Shown one piece after another: positions 1-12,600 of a stretch of DNA of 43,557 nucleotides (its first letter is position 1; every line of letters starts with the position of its first letter). The stretch covers positions 75,762,918-75,806,474 of the forward strand of contig NC_068989.1 in NCBI RefSeq assembly GCF_001194135.2, in the 5' to 3' direction. Source of the DNA: Octopus bimaculoides (lineage: Eukaryota). The position numbers were made by a program, and so were the translations under genes. The notes beneath the pieces are model-generated. The model was not told where the DNA came from. It saw only the letters and a list, made by a program, of their open reading frames with translations, and did not search any database.

Positions 1-47
1 TATATACATATATGTATATACATATATATATATATGTATATATTTAT

Positions 48-277
48 AAAAAATAACGTCGACCACTAACGTGGACAATTAATGCGCTAGAAATAGATCA
101 CATCTTGTGTCTATTAAGACCTAAAAAGTTCTCAACATGAAATATAGCAGCATACCAAAAACGTTTTTGGAATGCTGCTATATTTCATGTTGAGAACATT
201 TTAGGTCTTAATAGACACAAGATGTGATCTATTTCTAGCGCATTAATTGTCCACGTTAGTGGTCGACGTTATTTTTT
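48..277. repeat. Near-perfect 230-bp palindrome with no loop
   Basis: 48-162 is the reverse complement of 163-277 except at 127/198 and 154/171; centre ccaaaaac|gtttttgg. Confidence 0.97.
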
Positions 278-530
278 TAAAATGTACCTTAATCCCCTGA
301 GATTGCAGATAATATTTCTGAATCTCTTTGATTCTTTAGACGTGCTGACCTCCTGATAATTAATCGATATTAATTAATATATGACTAATTACCAGATTTT
401 ATAATAATTATATATGTATATACATATATGTATATGTATACACACAAACGCACACACAAATACAAGGAAGGCGGTGAATGTAAAAGCTTCAGATTTGCTA
501 TAAAATACTAGTAAACATAATATTACGTAC

Positions 531-644
531 CTGCAGGGCAGTTACATTCAAATGCTGAACCTTTCATAGTACAGGTACCGTTGTAGTAACACGGGTTAGG
601 TGTACATAGGTCTACCATTTTCCCACACTTTCCTCCAGTGAATT
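531..644 (-). CDS. Exon 14: end of one EGF plus most of the next
   Basis: gcgtacag|AA TTC ACT gives [38 protein letters not shown], then G|gtacgt; 114 nt. The gene continues left of the window. Confidence 0.92.
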
Positions 645-820
645 CTGTACGCAGAAAAAAGAAGCCACAAAACATAAGGATTACAGTTTATTTACAATAT
701 ATACACATAGCATACAAACATACATGCACATATACATGTATAGGTACATACATGCAGAAATACATACTTGCATAAATGCATAAATATATACATATATATG
801 GGTGTGTAGGTCTTAAATAA

Positions 821-888
<68 letters not shown>

Positions 889-3800
889 ATATATATATGT
901 ATAAATATGCACGCACACCTATAAGTATGTATGTAAATATACATATATATATATATAATATTATTATTAGGGACAAAATCCAAAATTACAGGTAAAAAAC
1001 TCAATTAAAATCAATTTATAAAAAATTAAAATTAAATTGAGCCTTATAGATAAAGTATATATAAAATATATATAGTTAACATCTCCTCTCTATTTTAAAC
1101 AAATTTTGTTCAGTTTTATAGGATACCTTTCCATAAATTCATATAACACACCATATACAAATATTATTTTCATATTCGCAAACTTATGCCAGTAAGATAC
1201 CAGCAAAATATGAAGAATCTTTATTAGAAACTGTTTTTTGGAATCCTCCAAATTAAAGGACGAAATATAATTCAACCTTTTCACACACACAGACACACAT
1301 ATATGTATGTATGTATGTACGAATAAAAATCCAAAAGTTTAGGAATGGAGTAGATTAGATCCGGGCAGTGAGCTTTAAGTTATCTGCAAAGAATATTAAA
1401 AAAATGACAACTTTCAGGAACAATAGTAGTTTATTGGTGCGAAATGTTGTGAATTTTTCCAGTATCGATAAGCTGAAAAAATTATTTCATAATTTACGTT
1501 TGGCAACCAGTGTTGTTGGGTATGCGAATAAGAATTCAAAATTTAAGGTGGATAAAATCTACCTTAAGTTAGATAAAATCCGGGCTAACAGAACCTGTTT
1601 TCAGTTAAGCACTTTCATATCCATAGATAACAAATAGAGTTGTTTTAACTAACCATTAGTACAATTACAGTTGTATGAGTGTCCATTTGGTACGCATGTT
1701 CCATTATTAGCACAAGGATTGGTATTGCATATGTTTGTTTCTGAAAAAAAAAAAAAAAAAAAAAAAAAGAAAAACTTGCAAAAATTGCATTAGATGTTAA
1801 TCTAGTCAATTTTGTTCCTGGTTCCACAATACAGAACCATCCAATTCAAATTGAAATTTCATACCAGACACTTTAGTCAGGTACAAAACACCAGTTGTAT
1901 AATGGAAATGTTTATAATTTTATCAAATTTCTCCATAAGCTTAAATAATCCTCTCTAGTATAGGCACAAGGCCTGAAATTTAGTGGAGGTGACTAGTCGA
2001 TTTCATCGACCCCAATGTTTCGCTGGTACTTAATTAATCGATCCCGAAAGGATGAAAGGCAAAATCGACCTCGGCGGAATTTGAACTCAGAATGTAGTGC
2101 ATAATCTTAAATAATAACTTCCAATTCTGGCACAAGGCTAGCATTTTGGGGGAAGAGGGTAAGTCGATTACTTCGGGGGAAGAGGATAAGTCGATTACTT
2201 CAACTCCGAAAGGATTGCAAGCAAAGTCGACCTCTGTGGAATTTAAACTCAGAACGTAAAGACGGTTGAAATGCTGCTAAGCAATTTGTCCGACGTGCTA
2301 ACGATTCTGCCAGCTTACCGCCTTGATACTCTTAAGTAATCAATTGAAACAGGTTGAGAGCGTCTTTCAAGAAAAATAGTCCTAGAATTGTTTTAACCTC
2401 TTACTGTGTATAGCTTGTTTTTGATTGAATTTACATAGGGATAGACTGTATGATCTTTTGTCACATCTTAGACAAAAGTATTGCCTGTTACTATTATTAT
2501 AAAAGATAACCATAAATTGACTATAATCCTTTATTATATAGGTACAAGGCCTAAAATTTTGGGGGAGGGAACTAGTCGGTTACATTGATCCCAGTGTTGA
2601 ACTGGCACCTATTTATCGATCCCGAAAGGATGATAGGCAAAGTTGACCTCGGAGGAATATGAAGTTAGCAACTAAAGACGGAACAAAATGTAGCTAACAG
2701 TTCCGCCAGCTCTCCGACTTTTAAATGACTATAATCACATATGCTAGAACTACTTCTACATAAGCCGGACCAACGTTCCCATACGCTGGATCAAAGATCA
2801 CATATGGGGGACCTACATTCACATGTTTTGGATATGCGTATACATACACTGTCCACAAATGTCGGAACCATTCTAAGTTTTCTTATTACGTATATCTATT
2901 TTAACAATATTTTCTGCAGCAAACGAAACAGCCTTTTGAAATACATAGTTGTAGTTTTCAACTTTCAATAGCTTGTATGTACAGCAAGTCTGAGAAATTA
3001 GTCAAAGCTATTGTGTGATTGGACCAGTAAATTTTACAAGAATCAGCTTTGTCATTTCTTCATTACTTTTGAATTCGAATGCTGTCCTGATGTATTTTGC
3101 ATCTATCTCCATTCGATATCCGTACAATAGTTATCCATAATGTACTGAAATATGTTTGAAAATTTTAAGATCTTTAGAATGTGTTAAAGAAAAAAGGAAG
3201 AAAATTCTGTGTACCAACATCTTTACTTTTTGATTTGAAATTTAAACTTCGTATTCTGCTTTAACTTAATGGAGGAGGGATTGTCTCCCTTACAATAGCT
3301 GATCACTAGGGCGCGCCACTGTAAGTCATGTGTCTCTTCTATGTAATTAACTCAAACTTGCCTTGCAAGAAGTTATAATAAATGGATATTTCAAAGACAA
3401 AAAATAAGGTGTGAAATATATTTGGGCAAAAAGTATTTACAAAAAGTCTTTTAGTATAATTTTCTTGTAGAAATACAATCCAGCGGTGACTCTAATTCGA
3501 TGTTTGTCGACCATAATGCCATTTGCATTTGTATTAATACTTTTAGAATACCATATTCAAGTGTCTCTGTTGCTTCCTTGGATGGGAAGAATAAAAATAA
3601 ACAAACAAACAAAAGAAACAAGCAAAAACATAAATAAAAAACTAGTGGATTGATAAAGTAAACCTATGTTCTCTGCTGATAAATGGTGAATACTGATAAT
3701 ATGTTTGACACAGATCTAATTCCATTCTCTACAGAATCTGAAGTTTGCGATGAAAAATTATAGAAAGGAAGGGAGAGAAAGGTCGCACCGGGTAGGGAGA

Positions 3801-6647
3801 GTGGTGGGGAACAAGAGGAAGAAGAGGCTATGGCAGATGAACGAGATATCCGAGAAGAACGGAATTTATAAGAGACTTCAGTAATAACATTTGGCGCATG
3901 GAGAAAAGAATCTAATGTTTCGGTCTGTGGCATTTGTCTGAGAATGAGGAACACAGAAAAAGTTAAGCTGTTATTGATTTTCATCGTATTCTGTGAACAA
4001 TACGTTGGTAGCAGGTAAATAGACTACAACTGTCCCGGGTGGAACAATTATTGCAAAGGGGAGATGAAACACTTGTAACTCTGAATTTGTTTTGCAGCTT
4101 CGATAAATTTATCTTTTATTTTTTTACTTGTTGCAGTCATTAGACTGAGGCCATGCAGGGGCACCGACTTGAAGGATTTTAGTCAAACGAATAGACCGCA
4201 GTACCTTCTTTCGTTAAAGTCTAGTACTTATTTTATCATCCCCTTTTGCCGAACCACTAATTTATGGGAACGTAAACATACCAGCATCGGTTGTCAAGCG
4301 CTGATGACGGACAAAATACACACACACACACACACACATACACCTCTTTCTCTATATGCAATAGGCTTTTAGTTTCCGCCTACCAAATCCGCTCACAAAG
4401 CTTTGGTCGGCTCGAAACTATAGTAGAAGACGCTTGCCCAAGGTGCCACACACTGTCACACAATGGGACTGAACCCGGAACTATGTGGTTGGGAAACAAG
4501 CTTCTTACCACACACTCACGCAGGCGCCGGCGCCTGTTTATATTATGCGTATATTATCCTGCTTATAGCGTTGACTTCTTTGTATTTTTCTGTATTTAAA
4601 TCTATAATTTTGTAGCATTCTTTTATGATTTTTGTGTTGTGCATTGTATTTCTTTTATATTTATTATTTTGTATGTATAATTCCCGGGTAGCGGTTTTCT
4701 TCATTACTTCAGGGAGTGATGACCTTGCATGACACGAATCCCGGGCTCAGTTGGCTCCGGCTGACAGTACTCGGTATAGGCCCCTATCCAGGGTTACGGA
4801 AGGGACACAACCTTCAAAGAAATCCGGAGTGGAGCCCCGTAGGCGGTTTAGTGTTCGACTTAACACTCTTCCGGCAGCTCCTGCAACCAAGTTGGTGCCA
4901 AACGTAATGCTCTGCACTCCTTTCGACTACGTCAGCAAGATCGAGAGAGAGAGGAATCCTGACGATTGGGCTACCCAGGATTTTCTTACATCTAGCCCAG
5001 GCCTGCGCAAAACTGGAGAGGAAAAAACAGACTGGATTAGTTTATGCGCAACTCCATTGTCTCCTGAGACAAAAGGATGCCAACAATAATTCCAGTGTTA
5101 TCTGAAGCCAATATTCTAAGTATGGGCCATTCTATAGTAAATAAGCAAAACGTAGCCACTCATTCTAACATGAATCGACGTAAATGCGTGGCTGTGTGAT
5201 AAGAAGCTTGCTTCCCAACCACATGGTTCTGCGTTCAGTCGACCAAAGCCTTGTGAGTGGATTTGGTAGACGGAAACCGAAAAGAAACCCGTTGTATATA
5301 TGTGTATATACATCTATGTGTGCACGTCTTTGAGTTTGTGTCCCACTATTGCTTGACAACCGGTGCTGGTATGATTACGTGCTCATAACTTAGCAGTTCG
5401 GTAAAAGTGGCCGATAGAGGAAATACCAGGCTTAAAAAAATAAGTACTAGGATCGATACATTCGACTAAAATTTCAAGGCGTTGCTCTAGCATGGCCGTA
5501 GTTAAATGACTGAAACAAGTAGAAGATAAAATGAACCCACCGAATTTTTGTTTTAACTACGTGAGGCACTGAATCTTTGTTTTAACTACAGTTAAATAAA
5601 ATAAGCAGCTGTAAATGAGCCCATGTAAATTTACCGAGCAAACGTTAAAATCTGATGGAAAAGAGAACAAGAATGAATGCAAACCACAAAAGAAAATGTA
5701 TTTAAGTTACTCGATGAAAGTAGTAAACTGAAATATTGCACTGAAGTCCTTACGACAGACTAAAACCATCCTCTGCAGTTCAATGACTACAAAAGCATAG
5801 AAGATTAAATCTTTGTGATTGGAGTTACTTACCGACAGAAATACAGGTAGATGCATTTGTTGCTCCAGTAATCAAGGTAGTAGTTCCATCTGGACATTCC
5901 AAACACGTTGTTTGCATTGTGAAGTTGGTATAGTAACCTAGAGGACACTCGATACAAGGTTCAAAGCCATCGTAGGAATAATGACCTTTACTACACTGCG
6001 CTGTAAAGAAGAAGAAGAAGAAGAAGAAGAAGTAGTAGTAGTAGTAGTAGTAGTAGCAATAATAATAATAATAATGATAAATGCTCTGATGCAGTGGCTT
6101 TCATGGCTTCTCATCTGACTGAGTGGAAGTGTTATAATGTACATTGTTTTGTCTTGGTATAAAAAATGGGCTTCAGCAAATATCCTATTGAATACCTCAG
6201 AATTGCTTGTCAGTTGTTTGACCTTAACCAGTTGAGCATGTCCCTTAGTGGCTGACGATATATGCACCACTGATCACGAGCAGAAGTAGTCGGGGAGCAT
6301 CATAATCTTGTGTTGAGAGGAATTCTTTGATGTTTGGATAATTCACCTTTGGAAACATGGGTATTTTCTCCAACATCCTTGAAGAACCCTTATTCAGGAA
6401 CCTTTTGAGCGGGATGGTCTGCTCGACCTCAAGAAAATTCTAACTGGGCCCTATCTGCAAGGTCATGCGCTATTTATCTTGGTATGAGATCACCATGTCG
6501 CGCACATATGGTTGTGATGCATGTGCTTGGTGTACTCTTATCAGACGGTTAGTCATGATAGATATACTGGGCTTCGTATATTTTACCCTAGTATCACATT
6601 GATAGCATGCACTGCACTATCACTCAATAATAATAATAACAATGATG

Positions 6648-6698
<51 letters not shown>

Positions 6699-9600
6699 TC
6701 AATTTCTTTATTAACGACTAAGGGTTCACAAAATACCACATGGAAGATGGTAAAAGGGTAGTTATTCTTTCTATTATAGGCACAACATTTGAAATTTTAT
6801 GGGAAGGGGCTAGTCGATGTAATCGGCCCCAGTGTTCAACTGGTACTTCTTTTATCGACCTCGAAATGATGAGAGGCAAGGTCTAGTCAACTTTTAAGTT
6901 ATCGCTACAGATATTCTATAAAATTAAGAACCGGTACTGAAAATTACGATATTTGTATACAAAGGCATCTATGTAAACAATGCGATCGAGAACAAAAAAA
7001 TAGATACGTATATATTGCCTATTTTTGTATTTTCGATCGCATTGCTTACATAAACGTGTTCGTATACGAAACGTCGTAACTTTCAGTGATAGCTCTAAAT
7101 TCTATTGAATATTTGTAGAGATGACTTAAAAAGTGATCGAATCACACTGTATGTATGTATATATATATATATGGGAGAATGTACGAAAAAACAACAACAG
7201 ACGAGGACAGGTGGTGTAAATAACAAAAAGGATGTATTAGTATGACGCTCGGGAATACGGAAAGTCTTTGACGTTTCGAGCTACGCTCTTCAACAAGAGG
7301 AATACGGAGACAAGGAGAAAAACACGGAGAAAAAAAATTGAATAGTGTTCAGTCAACGGTCAATATATATATATATATATATATATATACCAATTGGTAC
7401 TTATTTTATTTTTCCCGAAAGAATGAAAAGCAAAAATCAACGGCGGCGAAATTTGAACTCAGAACGTAAAAACTGACAAAATGCTTAGCGGCATTTTGTC
7501 TGGCATGCTAACGATTCTGCCAACTCGCCTTCCTTATAGTCTAATATATTAAAATTATATAACTGAAGAAAAAGAAAGATTTTGTACTTAAACGTTTTCG
7601 AAAGTAACTGAACCCGGCGTTTGTGATTTAAGTCGTAGGAGAGAACATTCCAGCCCGAGGACACACAGACGTGTTATGACCTGTTTGTATCTTTTCTGTT
7701 TCTGCTACTGAGGTAGAATCAGTACATATTAATCTGGGTTATTCCTGGCAATAGTATTTGCTAATTCCTTCAGTAATTTTCACTGAATTTAGGTTGCATT
7801 GCGCAAAAGAAAGAGCATTAAAATGTAAAAAGCAGAGGTTAAAATGAATTATTCCCTGACGGTTTTTGAAGAAGAATTACAACGAAGTGTTGGCCAGCTT
7901 AACTCTACGAAAAGCTAAGGAAAGAGAAAAAAAATGTGATATAACTGCACAAGGTCTTGATATAGGCTATTCCTTCCGTGAACTCTTACAGTCGCAGCTA
8001 GTTACTGATACATAGCCACAGGTTCTCTTTTTGATTAACAGTGGACATGATTCCCATTATAGATAAGAAATGTTAACTAGTTTAACTTTACGAAAAGCTA
8101 CAGAAAGGTAAAAAAAAACTGACAAGTTGACAAATGTTATACTTTCCGCGATTACTTACATTCGCAGCTGGTTGATGAAAGAGAGCCATAGTTTCTGTTT
8201 TTGGTTAAAGGTGGGCATGATTCACAATAGGTTGCGTTCAGGTAGTATGAATTCATTGGACAGAGAGTACACGGTGGTAATTTTGTACTTGCAATGCTAC
8301 CGCTGGTGCATATATCTAGAATGTAACAAAAAAAATATAGAAAACAACAACTATTTAGACCTGAACCAAATAAAATACCCTGTTGTATTTTTTAATTTTT
8401 TAATACACTAACAGGGAATTCAGTAAAATTGAAAACATAAACCTTCATTGTTATATACAAGGAAGGTTATAATAATGTTAGTGGTAAGTTTTGTAAAACT
8501 TTCGGTGATTGGAATCATGAGCACAATAAATAAACCGGGGGATATACGAGGGGATACCCAAAAGAATACGGAATTTTGCAATGTTATTTTATTCACTTAG
8601 TTTTACATGTTTACACTTTTATTGTCTTCAAAGTATTCTCCATTTGAAGCAATGCATCTGTTTTCCACTGCTCGAAGCAGACCTAAAACTCTTGCGAAGT
8701 GATGCCTTTTAAGGCCTTCGCCGTTTTTTACCGTAGGACCAGCTTTTGCTACCAGTGATGACCTTCAAAAAAAAAGGTCCGCATCAACTTCCAACTATTC
8801 TTTCAGTTCACGACACGCATTCAATTGTGACTGTTTTTGATCTTCCGTGAACAAGCGAGGCACGAATTTTACTGCAACCCTTTTCATTTGCAATTCTTTG
8901 CTCAGAATTCGTTGGCAGGAGCTCCAGGACACAGAAATCATATCAACAAGTTCGTCAATTATTCAGTGACTGTCCTCCAAGATCAGTTCCTCAATTTTCA
9001 TGCTTTCATTCGTTCGGGAGGTCGACGGTCGCCCTGCCCTGAACAAGGTTGGTCTTCAAGCGACGAATGACTATTCCTAAAGCGTCAAAACCACTCGTAA
9101 ACTTGTGTTTTCCTCAAAGCAGCACTCTTGTAAGTTATTTGAAGCAGGACAACTGTTTTGGCCGCCGTTTCCCCAGCAAAAAAAAACATAAAACAAAAAA
9201 GAAACAGAATTTCAAGGAAGCATGCTGTTCCTTCGTTTCAGCCATCGCAAAAATCGACGAACAGAGGAGAAGCACTACAAAACAAAGACACACCACGTGG
9301 CAGTAAGACTACAGCTGATGACACTGGCCGGCAAACTGGTCCAGCTTTCTTATGGTCTAGCCACTTTCCTTGATTGATTGATATTCTTTTGACCCGAGTA
9401 CGAAAGAATGAAAGGCAAAAATGATTTTGATGGAATTTGAACTCAGAGATTAAGGACAAATACTGCAAAGGCCGTTCACCCGACGCTCTGACAACTCTGC
9501 CAATTTACTGTCATTTAACCTGACATCAAACAATCTCTCACATCCTTTAACACGGCAACAAATCACTTGGGAGGCGTATAGGAGTATTTATACTAATTTC

Positions 9601-12600
9601 CAGTACGTGATTAGTATGTTATCAAGCCAGGAATGATAAAAGGACAAGTCATCCATGGTAGAATAAGAACTCAGTGTGTAAAACGACTTAGATAAATATC
9701 GCAAACTGTTTTGTTCGACGTTCTGCTATATCTATGCTGCTAATTCATCACCTTTACATTAAATTCCTTTCAACCGTTGTCAATCTCTTGTTAGACCAAG
9801 ATGTCAGCATTCCATTGCTGGCATGTTAATGTTAGTTGCAGTCCTACCTACCTGTTCACTCTGGCCATTTGATTGTTGGATGGGATGCTCCTTGTCCATC
9901 ATTGGTACGTTGGTGGAATTACAAATCTGAACTCAAAGAACCCCAACAGATAATCTAAGAAAGCAGTTCTGACGCTTTAGTAAGTTCATCAGTCCAACCC
10001 ACCCTGCACTGCTATTTTATTAATCGACTCCGAACGGATGAAAAAAGGAACAGTTGAACTCAGCAGGATTCGAACTCAGGCCATAGGTAGCTGCTCCAGG
10101 ACTTCAAGACATTTTATACAGCGTTGTCAGTCCGCTTTCTGTCGCCCTGAATCTGTTTATAACATTGATTTCAAATTTTGGCACTAGGCGAGCAACTTCG
10201 GGATAAGTTGATTACAACTGGTGCGTTACCGATCCCGAAGAAATGAAATGCAAAGTCGACCCCTGCGGCATTTGAACTCAGAACGGAAAGTCAGAGGTAT
10301 ACCGCTAAGCGTTTTTTCCCGGCGCAGTAACAATTCTGCCAGCTCACTACCTTAATTCTATTTATAATATTATTAACATTTAAACGGCGGAAAAGGGTAG
10401 CATGAATGTGTGTGCAAAACGCCCCCAGCACCGAAACAAAACAAACAACAATCCTCAAATATCCTTTTCTTGAGAACCTTTGTACTTATTTTCACTTTAA
10501 ATAAATAGATGTATTTACACCATTTGTCTACAGCGAGAAATTTTCTCCATTACAAAACAAGGAATGGCTTTCTTATAGGTTCAAATATGCCGCAAGCATA
10601 TTTGAACAGGTAATAACCTTGTATTTATACACATCACTACTTAGCGTTGCTTCCCTGTAATTTGTTTACTGTGAGCCACCGATTAGCGCTACCAGTCATC
10701 CAACAATGACGAGAATATCATGAAGGACAATCTCTCGTATCAGCTCGCAGGGGAGTTAACCACTCCAAGATGCTTGCATCTTACAGTTTGGGCAGGTGGT
10801 GTTGCGTGCTGATTTTAGGTGTATCTACACCATTTGTCTTCAGTGAAAAATGTTCTCAATTACAAAATACAGTGAATGGCTTTTGTATGGGCTCCGGTAT
10901 ATCTCAAGCATATTTAAACTCGTATATAGCTTATAGATTAGAGACAGGTACTCTCTGTATAGAATACACTTCGTAGTGCTCAAGAGATTTGAACTCGAGC
11001 AGGTAGAGGAGTAAATGTATGAAAAAGCATATCAGGCAAGACGATATACAAAAATATTAACTTTTTATTACAAAAATTATTAGTCTTCCGTGCAATACAA
11101 CTTACATTCTCATTATCAAAAAGGGTCGTAAAATATTCACTTCCTTTTAATGATGCTTGTAGCCATGCAAAAGTTTTGAAACATCAATCGACGATGTCTG
11201 CTGGTCTTTGATGAAACATCAATCGATGTTTGAAGGATTAAACAACAATCAGAAACGATAACTCCTTAAGTACACATTTATAAAAGAAAAAAAAAGCAAC
11301 AAAAAAGAAACAAAAGCAAAATCAAAACAAAAGGGGACAAAGCAAAATTTTTGTAGATTAGCTAGGGAAGAAGAGGTGTAAAAAGACTTACCTTTACAAT
11401 CGTTTACATGTATACTTCCTTCTGAGTATGTTGATTTATTTGCCGGGCAAGGGGTACAAGTTTGGTTCCCAGCAGTATCCTTATACTCTCCAACTGGACA
11501 GGGTTTGCATTCAGTGACACCATTAATTTTAGTAGAATAAGAACCAGGAGGACATTTAACTGAAGAGAAAGAGAGAAATATTGAAGGAGAAACGAGTAGA
11601 GAGAGAGAGAGTGAGTGAGAAAGTGAGGGAGAGACTGTGAAAGGTTATATTATATAAGAAAAAAATCTGCACTTTTGCAGGCGCGCACATGCGAGTTTGT
11701 GTCGAAAGTCACAAAATTTAAATTGTTGGATTATTAACTAAAGGGTTTATTAACCATAATTAGAAGAGTCATGAGATGTTTAAAAGTGTGCACATTAAAA
11801 AAAAAAAAAATTAATCCAGCGAGGAAAATCCAACAAAACTCAGCAGAAAATCTCAACAAACAAATCAACCAAAGAACATTTTTAATTAATAATAAATATT
11901 ATTATAATTAGTGAAGCAAGCACGGGAGACAACTCTTTGACATTTTTGTTAACGATACCATGGTAGATGCTCAACGGTATACAGAGAGTAGGTAGTGAAG
12001 GGAGCAGCGTACATTTATTTGTCTTTTACATTTTAGCCTTTTTTCTGCAATACCTGTACTACCGCCTCCTTTACCAGCTCACTGCCCCATGTTCCCTAAC
12101 AAAAAAAATAAAAAAATGTAGTTTTGCCTGTAATTATGTTGCAGGCAACATAATTTATTACACAACACTTGCAGCTTAATATTAATTTCATATTAACATC
12201 TTAAAATCAATATTGAAGGAAATAAATCCATGAAAAGCTGCAAATAAAGATAAACTATTTAACTTTAAAATGATTCTTGCACTGGAACCCCCTATTTTTT
12301 CTGGAAATATTTAAACTTCGTGGAAAAAAAACCTCTCGGAAATATTGAGGTTTCGCGTACAAGATATTTCACAAATATTGGTCGGCATTGAAAAACAGAT
12401 ACTTCTTTGTCGAATCTTGCCATTACAAATGCAAGGAAGCAGCGACTGGCCCGTTGGAAACTGAAGTCAACGATGTAGCTTTTCACAAATTGCAATATAA
12501 AATAGATAGAAACCATTAAAATAAATAAAGTTTTTAAAACTAAACTAAATTCTACAACTATGAGATCGTATTAACATTTAAATCCCTCGTTTAGTTATTA

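Noticed and set aside
688-1004. ORFs made of HT/CV/YI runs (also 24797-25063, 28689-28988, 31073-31702, 35956-36501, 41750-42104, 42694-43021)
   Set aside because: Translations of microsatellites.
3664-3984. 106-aa Ser-rich minus-strand ORF with a candidate acceptor
   Set aside because: Phase-1 entry gives an early stop, there is no domain signal, and exon 12 already joins exon 13 cleanly.
12292-12516. 74-aa minus ORF
   Set aside because: No Cys pattern, no usable splice sites, no recognisable family.
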